Shown piece by piece: positions 1 through 11,300 of a stretch of DNA of 64,000 nt. The translations under genes were made by a program, and so were the position numbers. Source of the stretch: Azolla caroliniana (lineage: Eukaryota; Plantae; Polypodiophyta); the NCBI GenBank assembly GCA_043228905.1, contig JBHGNT010000004.1:1488001-1552000 (forward strand), written 5' to 3'. Within the stretch, counting starts at the first letter, position 1. The number at the start of each line of letters is the position of its first letter. The notes beneath the pieces were generated by a model. That model searched no databases. It was given only the letters and a program-made list of their open reading frames with translations, and had not been told where the DNA came from.

Positions 1-109
1 GAATAATGGTGAGGTGCACAAACCAGTTTAGGGATCGGTTTGATTTTGTTTGGTTCAGGTTTCAGAACTCCAAAACGGTTTAGGCTTAACCGGTTTACCT
101 TGGATAAGG

Positions 110-332
110 CCAAACCGGTTAAGCCCAAATCGAACTGTTGCCGATCCTTAGGTGGCACAATGAAATGGATTCACACTTTGCAGTTGATTGACATGACATA
201 CTAGAAAACTAGAGCAGTTCCCAAACCGGTTAAGCCTAAACCGAACTGTTGCCGATCCCTAGGTGGCACAATGAAATGGATTCACACTTTGTAGTTGATT
301 GACATGACATGCTAGAAAACTAGAGCAGTTCC
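110..332. repeat. ~110-bp tandem duplication including a hAT-MITE-like end (AAACCGAACTGTTGCCGATCCCTA)
   Basis: Two near-identical copies start CAAACCGGTTAAGCC at about 111 and 222, and AAACCG/CGGTTT motifs fill 1-130. Confidence 0.65.
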
Positions 333-711
333 ACATGGGATACTACATTTATTGCTGAGCATTGATGGCTTGATTAGGGGATGTCAACACTATGTGTGAA
401 GCTTATGCTTAATGAAGCTTATAATCTTTACTGTCTTGAGACGGCCTACTCAAGAGCTGCAACGAAGATGTGGCGCACATGTGCTAGAATTGTGTTTTGC
501 TATGTGCGAACCTTACTCATAATGAAGCTCATAATCTTTACTGTCTTGAGAAGGACTACTCGGGAGCTGCAGTGAAGATGTGGCACACATATGCTTGAAT
601 TACGTATTACTTAAATTTTCATTCCATCTTTCGACCATGTAAGAGCAAAATTTAGCTTTTGTTTGTAGAGATAGACGTCTAAATCTTGCAAAGAGGTAAA
701 ATGTTTGTCCA

Positions 712-1038
712 TGTTACTCCCTCTTGGAGAACACCTTTGGTTACTCTTCCTGAGTAATCGGGTCAAGGAATCGTGGTACGTAAGAGACTCAAGATCACGA
801 CGTACTAACGAGCTCGGATCGGATCATTTACAGAGAATACGATGGACACATTGCGGAATCGGCTACAACCGATTTGTAATTACTTCCGACACAGACCAAA
901 CGAGATGTAGATATAGATATATAAAGATGAGACACATAGGACTTATCCACAAAGTATATAGGTGCATTCGATTGATGTAGCATACAAGTATATAGGTGCA
1001 TTCGATTGGTTCGTTTCACACTTGTCCCACCGGGTAAC
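712..1038 (-). repeat. 3' LTR of the gypsy element (internally deleted copy)
   Basis: TGTTACTCCCTC...CCGGGTAACA aligns to 7565-8049. It lacks the central TATA-containing part and has a short duplication of TATATAGGTGCATTCGATT. Confidence 0.88.
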
Positions 1039-1439
1039 ACCTGGCATGCCCGTGGGACAGTGTCTTGCACATCGAACCCAAAAACATCGACCAAAAATCG
1101 AAGGTCCCAAAAAAAATCGAAAGAATTCTAATGTACATCACTCTTCCAAAATGGGCAAAAGGCCTGCCGACTGCTTTGAGTCCTCAGGTTTGTCAATGAC
1201 TTCGGTCGAGAGTTCGGTCCGGTTATTTGGTGCCACAGTTATGGGTTGCTTGTCTAGCACTTATTCCTCTGTAGTGATTTGCTCCAGGGGTTTGGGAGGT
1301 GTGTCCTCTTGGTCGGCCTGTCGGTTAGCCGATCGTTGTGCTCCTGTTCTTGTTCTTTTGCGTGACGTATCAGGTCCTCGGGTCCCTGTGTTGGCCCTTG
1401 CTTTGGCGTGCTTTTGTGGGAGGCTTCCTGTTTTCCCTG

Positions 1440-1708
1440 TGTTCGTTGTTGACCATACGGTCATGACAAGGAGTGCGGAATGGTAGATCATCAGTGGGTA
1501 GAGGCCTAGATGTAAGAGAATGTTCGTTGTTGACCGTACGGTCATTACAAGGAGTGCGGAATGGTAGATTATCGGTGGGTAGAGGCCTAGATGCAAGAGA
1601 GGTTTAGGGGTTTAGGGGTTTAGGGTTTGTTTAGGGATTAGGGATTAGGGTTGTTGACCATATGGTCGTGACAAGGATAGCGGAATGGTAGACATCGATG
1701 GGTAGAGG
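1440..1708. repeat. 81-bp tandem repeat, two copies plus a partial third
   Basis: The unit GTTGTTGACC...GCGGAATGGTAGA...GGGTAGAGG occurs at about 1445, 1526 and 1650. Confidence 0.8.
1601..1650 (+). repeat. Degenerate plant telomere-type repeats (TTTAGGG/TTAGGG)
   Basis: GGTTTAGGGGTTTAGGGGTTTAGGGTTTGTTTAGGGATTAGGGATTAGGG. Confidence 0.7.
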
Positions 1709-1999
1709 AAAGAGGAAAAAGGGTTCATGATTAAGCATAAGAGGGGATGAAGTGTAAAGAACCACCAAGAACAATTTGAGCGCACCCAAATCGTTTAACA
1801 CACTTGGTGTAAGTGAGGCATAATAAGAGATAGAGGAAGGGGAGAGAGATGAGAGATTAATCACTAATAACAAAACTAGAAACAAGTTAAAACATAACCA
1901 TAAGCTTAATAGTCTATATGAGAGAGAGGGAGAGATTAAGGAGACTAATTTTAATTAAGAAAAAGGAAAAGTTACAATACGATGGATAAATGGGATTGG

Positions 2000-2062
2000 T
2001 AATGGTCATGAGCAAACTAGTTTCGCCCCATACGGGGCTCATCAGTGCTAAAATGACCATTA
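2000..2062 (-). ncRNA. Type I (minimal) hammerhead ribozyme motif
   Basis: The - strand reads UAAUGGUCAU-UUU-AGCA-CUGAUGA-GCCCC-GUAU-GGGGC-GAA-AC-UA-GU-U/UGCU-C-AUGACCAUUA. Core boxes CUGAUGA and GAAA are intact, stem II is 5 bp, stem I is 4+10 bp, stem III is the palindrome ACUAGU, and the NUH triplet is GUU. Confidence 0.85.
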
Positions 2063-3394
2063 GGGGTGGATAGGTTTATATAAGGAGTTTTAGGACAGGC
2101 TTTAGAGAAATGACAATAGGGAGTGGGCTGTGCTTATGGATATGATTGGAAGGGGGAAGATTTGGAGAAGATGGAAAAGGATTTTATGGGCTTTAATGTG
2201 ATAAGGGGAAGGTTTTGGTATAAGGAAAATGAGGTTATATTGTAAAAGGAGGGATAAGAAGAAAAGGGAGAGTTTAGGATATAAAATGTAAAAAGAGAGG
2301 AAATATTAAAAGGGGCATTAAGAGAGAGGGGTAAACAAGGATTAGGTGAGAGAGAGAGAGAGAGAGGGAGAGAGAGAGGGAAAGAGTCGACATAAGGGGA
2401 GTGAGTAGATCTAAGAGGAGAGAGAGTGGGAAAACGTGAAAAAAATTAAGAGAGCAAAAGGGGAGAGAGAGGAGATAGATGTGTGTAAACTAGAAAAAGT
2501 AAGAGAGAGAGGTAAGGGAGAGAGATATGTGTGGGGAAAAAAAGGGGAAGGCTATAGATTTAGGAAGAACATGGGTGAGGGTAGGGTAAGAATATGTAGA
2601 ACATGGGTGAGGGTAGAATGCTAAAAATAGAAAGGTGGAGAAAGAGTAAAAAGAAAAAGAAGGGACTTACAAAGAAGAGGCGAAGGATTTAGAAAATGGA
2701 CGAGGAGGGGTAAGGTAAGCAAAAAAAGCGAGAGATGGGTGAGGGTGGAAAAATCAGAACGTGGGTGAGGGTAGAAGACAAAAAAAGGAATATGAAAATG
2801 AAAGGGTATATTGTGATAAGAAAAACGTAGAGAAAGAAAGAAAGAAAGAAAGAAAGATATATTAAGGTCTTTTAAGAGGCCAAAATGGCCTATAAGACCG
2901 AATAAGAGATTACATCTTAAATGTTTTCTCGTCTTTGAGAACAAATCAAAATAAAGTAAATATTACACAGTAAATATAAAAGTAAATAAGATGAAAAGAA
3001 AAGAGACGAGAGAATCTGGTTTTTGGCACATGTGAGATTCTCAAGTTAGGTATATTGTAGTTTTTGTCTCCGAAAGATCTCTATCATAGGTCGATCCAGA
3101 ATGGAAATGTCTCCAATGCGAGGGAAGCACCTACGATGGTGGGAGATAATGGCTTTTATTTGTCGATGACAAGGGTGTTGAGGTCGTGGTCCATGGGGCC
3201 GGGGAGAGAGAGAGAGAAAAGAGGAAAAGAAGTAAGAAAGCTAAAGGAAAAGAGAGAGAGGTAGGAGTTAGAGAAGTAATACATAGGGAAAGCAAACACT
3301 AAAAGAGAGAGGGGAATAAAAAGTGTTATGGAGAGAAAACGGGGAGGGGTAAGAACGAAATAGGTGAAATGGGCTATAGGGTTTGGTTACCTCA

Positions 3395-4022
3395 GTCCAG
3401 AAAAATTCTACTCAGCCGGGATGTTGTTTTTAATGAAGAAAAATTGCTGAAAAATGCTTGTTCCTCTGTTGGGAACTCTAAAAGCGTTACATTTTAGCAA
3501 TTACAGCCATTCACAAAATCTGAAAATAAAACTCATGATGCTATACCAAAGGTTGAATATGATGAACAACTGGTTATCCTTGAGCCAAAAGAAGTTGGAC
3601 AGCAAAGAGATGCTCATGAAGGTGTTGGACAACGAGATGAAGGTACTGAACAACAAAATATAGATGTTGAACAACATGCTAGACATGGTTTGCAACAACC
3701 AGAAAGTGCTGAAACTGGTTTTCCTCCAGATTTAGAACCAATCCCAGAAAAACATGATCATTGGGTATGTAGGTGTAGTCATTTAAGGAGGCAGGTATAT
3801 AGATATGACCCCTCTTTGCATTATGTCATGCTATCAGATGAGGGTGAACCTCTACTTATAAGGAGGCAATGTCATGTGAACTTAGCAGTAAGTGGGAGCT
3901 TGCAATGCAAGAAGAAATAAAATCTTTGTATGCAAATGATACTTGGGATCTTGTGTCCTTACTTGAAGGAAGGAAAGCTCTTCCGAATAAATGGGTTTAT
4001 AAAGTAAAGAAAATTGAAGCAG
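3395..4022 (+). pseudogene. Ty1/copia pol fragment (integrase C-terminus to start of RT), nested antisense in the gypsy element
   Basis: Translates across frameshifts as SRDVVFNEEK...HYVMLSDEGEP...KWELAMQEEIKSLYANDTWDLV...GRKALPNKWVYKVK, which is Tnt1-like. Confidence 0.85.
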
Positions 4023-4024
4023 TT

Positions 4025-5519
4025 TAGGGCCAAAATAGTATTGACCTTGTCGGGGTCCTTTGCAATCCCATCTTGACTCATGATATGGCCGAGTAGGGCG
4101 CCGCTAGATACACCAAATGCGCATTTCGGTGGATTGAGGCTTAGCCGAGCTTGCCGACATCGTTGCAAGCATAGTCGTAATTACTCGAGGTGTTCCTGCT
4201 ATCGTCCGTAAACAGCAAAATCATCCAGAAATACTTGCATGAAAGCCAAAATATACTCACCAAAGATTTCGGTGATGATCCGCTGGAAAGTGGCTGGAGC
4301 CATTTTAAGTCCGAACATCATTACAATCGTGATGAAAACACCCCACTTGGTAACGAAGGCGGTCTTTTCTTGATCATCGCGGTGCATTCGAATTTGGTTG
4401 TACCCACTAAAGGCGTCAAAGAAGCTATACGTCTCATGGCCTGCCACCGCATCAAGCAAGGGCAAGGGAAACACATCAGTTACGGTCTCGGCGTTTAATT
4501 TTCGATAGTCGACGTAGACTCGTATCTTGCCGTTTTTCTTCAGAATGACGACTATGGGGCTGAGCCATGTGGCGCGTTTGATGGGCCGAATGAAACCGAC
4601 TTGGGGGGGTTTGTCGATATCCTCTTTTACTTTCGTTGCATAGTTAGGGTTCATTCGATAATGTCGCTGCTGCACGGGTCTGGCGTCCTGCTTCAGATGG
4701 TTTTGATGTTGGTAATACTGAGGATCAAGGCCTTTCATATCGCTATAAGAACAAGTGAAAACGTCTTTGTAGTCGGATAGCAAGCTTACTAATGCTGAAC
4801 GCTCGTCGGGCGCGAGTTCCTTTGTGATTTTAAGTGGCCACGGTTCCTCGATTGTGCCGAGGTTGATTTCCTCGAGTGTCGAAGCCTTCACTTGTTGAGA
4901 TATTGCTAATTCGCGTTCCAGGGGTTCGCGGGCATGCCAAAGTTTCTCTATCAACCTTGGGTCAGGTTCTTGGCCGATATCATGATCCTCCTCAGCTGGT
5001 TCAGATACATAGGGGTTGACAACTTCTATGATGTCGATATCAAACAGAGGTATTATCTGTGGGTGAGCATTGAGGTAGCTGTTGACTTCGTCATCGGCTA
5101 ATCCGTCCAGCATGTGGACACCTTCGGCGTACAAAGGGGTAGTGTCCTTCGGTGTGGTGAGATGCTCTTCGGTCGTAACGTAGATCTTGGTCTTCCCTCA
5201 CCGGAAAGATATCATGTTGCGTTGTCAGTGTTGCTATATGTTGGCAATGCATAGCCAAGGTCGGCCAAGCAACAATGGGTAGGCACCGGGAGATTCAAGG
5301 CGCAATACCACCGCCGAGATCGTGAAGGTATGGCCCCCAAGGACGAAATCGGGTTGCCGAATGAGGCCAAGGGGTTGGACAGAACGCGTGTCTACCATTC
5401 GTACCAAAATGGGCAAGGTTCCCATTGCGTAATGCTAAGGGATGTGCAGGTGGTCTTGCTAATGACGTTGACTCTGTACCCGCCATCGATGATGCAGCCG
5501 CTCACTTCGTGCCCTTTAA
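4025..5519 (-). pseudogene. Gypsy aspartic protease and reverse transcriptase remnant (frameshifted, 3'-truncated)
   Basis: Protease-like CIIDGG and LLLGRPWL. RT motifs WLSPIVV, KKNGKIRVYVDYRKLN, FSGYNQI, MMFGLKMAPATFQR, FLDDF and LNPPKCAFGV. Confidence 0.9.
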
Positions 5520-7290
5520 CTAGCAGCTTGACTGCGGGGTTGTGTGCTCCATCAGCGGTGGTTCTACGCTTGACTCTGCTAGGTGGACCGGCACGTTTGG
5601 CTGTTCCTTGCTAGTGGTCAAGGACACAACCGTGTCCTTGAAGCGGGGGAGCAGGTGTAGAAGCTTGCTGAGCGGCATTGATATTTGGCAACTGGTTAAA
5701 GCTTGCCAAATTGGGTCATCTTCGGACAGCTCGGTAGGCACCGAGGAAGAAGCTGCGCCAATGGTTATATCTTGCATTTCACGGTTCATACAGCCCAAGT
5801 TCGCAGTATTGGCTTTCTCGATCCATGCTTTAGCGGGTTGTTGAACCTCGTTCTGAACCTCCCACTGCGTTTGCTGAGCCTTACTTCGTGTCGTAACTTG
5901 TTGAACCTTGGCTGGGATGGTGTTGACGGCTGGGCCCTTGCCGCGATCATTGGCTGGACATTGCGTGGTGTAGTGGCCAGGTTTGTTGCACTGAAAGCAG
6001 ATTATTGGGGCGGATTTGCTAGATTCCCCTTGTTCGATTTGAGACGACTGAGGTTGTCGAGGGCTCGTTGGGAGGTAGTGGTTCGTATTGGCTTTCTCGA
6101 TCCATGCTTTAGCGGGTTGTTGAACCTCGTTCTGAACCTCCCACTGCGTTTGCTGAGCCTTACTTCGTGTCGTAACTTGTTGAACCTTGGCTGGGATGGT
6201 GTTGACGGCTGGGCCCTTGCCGCGATCATTGGCTGGACATTGCGTGGTGTAGTGGCCAGGTTTGTTGCACTGAAAGCAGATTATTGGGGCGGATTTGCTA
6301 GATTCCCCTTGTTCGATTTGAGACGACTGAGGTTGTCGAGGGCTCGTTGGGAGGTAGCGGTTCATATTGCGGGGGTTGTCGGCGATCATCCCGCTGCTCG
6401 TTGTTGGGGGGAGGGCGACGGTGGTCCGATCGAGGATTCTCTCACCGCCAATTGTCGGAGGAGTGCCGATTATTGCCATATTGTCGATTATTGTGGAAGC
6501 GATTATTGCTGGGAGGCCTTTGCCCCTGCCTGGTTCGGGGTGGTACTGAAGGCCATAGTCCTCGTCACGGTTGCAGTGGCCGTAGGAGTCCTTGGCAGGC
6601 CGGAAACGGTCCTCGTCTGGCCGATAGAGATCCTCGTAACGAGATCGCTCGGCGTCCCGAAAGCGATGGGGCTGCCAGATGCAATCATTGTGTCGAAAAC
6701 AATCGGGCTGTGTCTCAACCTGTCGGACCGGGGTGGCGCCCGCGCGGTTGAGCATGTTTTACTTGCATTGGTTGACGGCGTGAGCTTGGGAATGACAGAT
6801 GGGGCTCATGGAGAAAGAGTTGGTAAGGTGCCGCGCAAGTAGCTCATGGAGAAAGAGTTGCTGTTTTGGACGTTATCCATGGCGAGGACATGATCGATAA
6901 CTTGCTCAATCGTCTATTGGGAGAAGTCAACGAGAGCCAAGGTGGTTCGAAGGGGCTCGCGGAGAACCGTAAGGTCTCCTCCAGGTCATCAGCTGAGATT
7001 TCCTGAGCTAGCTGACAGTATAGGTTCTGAAATCGAATCGTGAGTTGCGGAATCGTCTCGTGGGGTTCCTGCGAGATGGCGTAGAACTGGCTCAGTAGTT
7101 CTCGCTTGGGTATCTGTCGATGGAAAAGGTGGATGAACTTGTCCTAGAGGACGGTAAAGGAAGCCAACTCCCCCAAGTTGTGCTGGGAGTACCAGTGCGC
7201 TGCTTGCCTATCGAGAGACAAGCCGAACTTGGTGATCTGCGATGTTTCTGCATTGGCCGCGACCAGTCGTTGCGACACATAGTTTGCTTG
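5520..7290 (-). pseudogene. Gypsy gag remnant with two CCHC zinc knuckles
   Basis: ORF 5520-6755 contains CFQCNKPGHYTTQC twice. The upstream 6850-7290 region looks like frameshifted capsid sequence. Confidence 0.8.
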
Positions 7291-7545
7291 CCATGTGGTT
7301 AGGAAGGCTCAAACATGCGCTTCCGCATCAGCGCCATCAGTGTATCTTGGGTACGGATAAGGCATGGTGTCGAAGTCGGGATCCTCCCGGTGCGGAGGTG
7401 GCGATTGCTCTGTGAGAGTGGAGTTGGTGATGCTGTTTGCTGGTTCGGCACGTCGGGACGTTGGCCGAGTGCATGTGCCTTGGGGAGGCGCCGTTACAGC
7501 GGTTGGGTTTTCTCCTACGCGTGTTGGCTATGAACTCACAGCGTG

Positions 7546-7558
7546 AACCGGGCATGCC
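7546..7558 (-). promoter_or_regulatory. Primer binding site, tRNA-Arg type
   Basis: The - strand reads TGGCATGCCCGGT 6 nt after the LTR end. It resembles the complement of a plant tRNA-Arg(UCU) 3' end (TGGCACGCCCGGTGGGAC, recalled from memory). Confidence 0.7.
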
Positions 7559-7564
7559 AAATTG

Positions 7565-8049
7565 TGTTACTCCCTCCTGGAGAACACCTTCGGTTACTCT
7601 TGAGTAATCGGGTCAAGGAATCAAGGTGCGTAAGAGACTCAAGGTCACAACGTACTAACAAGTGCGGATCGAATCGTTTACAGAGAATACGATGGACACA
7701 CTGCAGAATTGACAGACCAAACGAGATGTAGATATAGATATATAAAGATGAGACACACAAGAATTACCCACAAAGTATATAGGTGCATTCGATTGATGTA
7801 GCATACAAGTACAGATACAAGTACTGAATAGAATCGGTAAACACTCACTCACTCTTTACTAGTCTATACCTAGGCTTAGTCTGCTCTAGATTCTCCGCTC
7901 TCTTCTGTGTTCGCCACTCCTCAATATATATAGCGTTCTTTCCACTCTGCGCTTTTTCACCAGCTTCTTCCTTAACATTCGGCTCCCTTCTTCGGCTGTT
8001 AGTGCACGGCTTACTTTGGTTCGTTTCCCACTTGTCCCACCGGGTAACA
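7565..8049 (-). repeat. 5' LTR of the gypsy element (485 bp)
   Basis: TG...CA termini with a 6-bp inverted repeat, TATATATA at about 7925-7932, and a PBS immediately downstream on the - strand. Confidence 0.88.
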
Positions 8050-8353
8050 GTCCTAGGAAGCATTGACTGATTGGGTGTCATATTGACATCCTTGGAGTTC
8101 TTGCAACCCAAGTGCTATTTCAGTCACATGGGTTTAACCAGCTTTAGTACCTTCATCAATGTCTTCATTCTCTTGCTCTTTGATGTGATCACAATGTCCT
8201 GACAATATTTTTAGACATGTATCAGAAATAGGAATGTGCAATTATTTTCTATGGTTGGTTGCCTTTGAGAACATTTAAGATTTTATATGCATCTAACCAT
8301 TCAGCAAGTTCAGAATATGCGGTAATTTATTGTGCAAAACTTTGTTTATGTAG

Positions 8354-11300
8354 GCTATTTTGGATGCTATCCAACAATTACGACCTCGTGCAGTTATAAT
8401 TGACTCCATACAGACTATATACTTGCCACAGGCAACTGGCAGTGCTGGTAGTGTAATTCAGGTGTAATGCTTTCTTTAAATGCATATTGATTATGAATAC
8501 TCTGTTTCTTGATTCTTCAGAACTGCATGCATGCAATTGTTTTGCTATGTTTATTTAAATAACTACCTGGTCTACAGTAAAGTTGATGGAAAGCATTAGC
8601 CAATGATTAAAGTTAAAACTATTGATTTCTAGATCTTCATAATAAATTTGGTTTACCTCGCATGCTTGTAGGTAAGAGAATGTGCTGCAGCATTACAGCG
8701 GTTGGCAAAGCGAACTAATATTCCAATATTTTTGGTATGATCTTATCCAGACATTTGCAAAGGTGATTTATTTAGAGCTCCCAAATGCATTATCCCTAGA
8801 AAACACTACTGCACTGAAAATGTAGGTGGGACATGTAACAAGAAGTGGCGACATTGCTGGACCTCGTGTCCTGGAGCATATTGTGGATGTTGTGTTATAT
8901 CTGGAGGTTTGTTTGTCATCTATCATATATTGTGGATTTGGCTTTGACAATGATTGTACTCATTGGTAAACCTAAATGGCTTCGTTTTAGGGTGAGAACA
9001 GGTTTGCACATCGTATCTTGAGAGTTGTAAAGAATCGGTTTGGCTCAACAGATGAGGTACTAAAAATACCCTTTATTGTAAAGATTTAATTTTGGTGAGA
9101 GGATAAAGAATGTCCTTTCCTCATACCCAGGTTGGTGTGTTTGAAATGGCGAAGAATGGGATGGTAGCTGTGGAGAATCCAAGCCAACTGTTTCTTGATA
9201 TGAGAGAAGAAGAAAGGAATGGTTTCTCAGGTGCTATAGCTGTCACAATGGAAGGTTCTCGTCCATTCCTTGTCGAGATTCAGGTTAATTTGTTTCTTGT
9301 TTCAATTTTGTCAATATCTGAGGTGCAAAGTTTCCAAACGTTTTCTTTTCTGTATGTTATTGTTTCTACATCCAGTCAAAGAATTTCGTTATCCTTGTGA
9401 TGAAGGTATCTACCTTATCATTATTTACACTGGGCTGCCTGATAAAGTTTGGCGGGCGAGCTCAGATGTATTTTTTTTGGAATATTATCAGGTGGACTAC
9501 TGCCAACTAATCAAGGAATTTTATCTTTGTGATAAAGATTCCCACCTTTGAAGGTTTGTACGTGCATTAAATCAACTTCAGCATAAATTCCATTGGACTC
9601 AAAGAGTGGCATATTTTATGATCTACACTCCATCATTTCTTCTGCTGTTGGTGGAATTATCCTAAAAGATCATTCGATCCTATTGCTTGTTCATGAGAGT
9701 TATATTCAGCAATATGTATACACCCTGTAATTGTTTGTAATGGTGTAGTTGGTGGCATTGAGATAATATAACTAGATGTATATCGGCCTCCTTTCAACCC
9801 ACAGAAACAGAGATAGAAAGGAAATAAATCTATTGATGCAAGAAGACATTATATGATTGCTGTTAGCCTAACTTCTATGATGTACTATGAAAACAGCGGA
9901 TCTTGTTTACTCTGGTAGCTTACAATTGTCTGCTATACAGCTAGCTAACCTCCACCAGCCATTCTAATGCACGGAATATCTTTTCTCTATAGCTTGCGGC
10001 AGCATCTACTCATAAAGCAATTATGACCACCACATATTTTGCTTTCTTCCACTACAATGGTATGTTGTGCCAAAATCTCACTATTTTCCTGGCTGTTATT
10101 CTTCTTGAAGGGTTGGTAGAGTTAGTTTCTCTAACATTCTCCTTCAAGCAATAATCCAGCAATGATTGTTACGATTTCCACATATTCTTCTTCTTTCTAT
10201 GCTCGCAATAAACTGGTGTTTGTCCATGACTAGCCGCCATTAATCATTTTTCTCCATGTTGGGTTCTTGACAGTCAGAAATGGTTTAGAAGACGTCTTGA
10301 TTGTCCTCATTGAGTAGGACAATACCATAGAGTGTAGAATAATCTTTTACCCAGCCACATCCAAATAGCTTGCTCTAAGTGGAGCACAATACATAGGTCA
10401 AAGTTTGAATATTACTGACATCCACAAATCCGCCATATTTTAGGAGCATTACAAGAAATGAGAAGCTGAGGCCCATATCTCATATCTACCTTTGGACACC
10501 CATATACAAGATGTCAAGGCACGATATCACGCAGATGCCTACATGCGGAACACAGAAATGGGTGCCTGGCAAAATAATGCGATTCTTGAACATCAAGAAT
10601 CACGAAATTCTGGAGGGGTGCAAGATAGGAATAAATGCTTTGGAAGATACGATGTATTACACTTGCTTTATGATGCACCGATATATACCTCCATGAACAA
10701 GGCCGTTTGTAACACCAATGTATTACAGCTTGGGGAAGATGTGGAGGCTCATGTTTCATGTATTATATTTTAAACCAAACTAAAAAACCACCTCTTTTTC
10801 CAAAATGAGATACTCACCAATACGTGTTAAAGCCCACCCCTGAGATTAGAATCTGTTCATGAATTACTACACGAATGCTGTATTTATTATTAGAATTTGT
10901 TCATGATTACTACACAAATGCTGTATTTCAAGAATTCCGACAGACATCCTGTAAGCTCATTCATTGGTTATGCCCCTGGGAGATTTTGTTGCTAGATGTG
11001 AATATTTTATATTTAATTAGCTTGAAGTAGATGAATGTTTGTGTCTGAATTGTAAGAACACATAATTTGCAGATAAACCTAGGTTTCTTGGATTGAAAGA
11101 GTTTTTGAAATCTTTCTTGATGCAATAAATAGGTCATCCAGAAAAATCACTGTATAGTTGGTGTATAACCCACTTTTTCTTAAGAAAATATAGTATAATC
11201 TCATTATGATCATGATGCATGACTCATTTAATATATAAAATCTGGAATTCCACGTAATGGTTCTGATGCCATGCTAATAATCTCTTTGAAACAGCTAGTT

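Larger units (their letters stand above)
712..8049 (-). mobile_element. Degenerate Ty3/gypsy LTR retrotransposon (non-autonomous, no recognisable RNase H or integrase)
   Basis: Two homologous direct repeats (712-1038 and 7565-8049), each bounded by TGTTAC...GTAACA. Flanks are GTCCA and GTCCT (5-bp TSD, 1 mismatch). Gag, protease and RT remnants lie on the - strand between them. Confidence 0.9.

Noticed and set aside
5703-6842. 379-aa ORF on the + strand
   Set aside because: It is the antisense shadow of the GC-rich gag ORF, has no recognisable domain and simply mirrors the 279-bp duplication.
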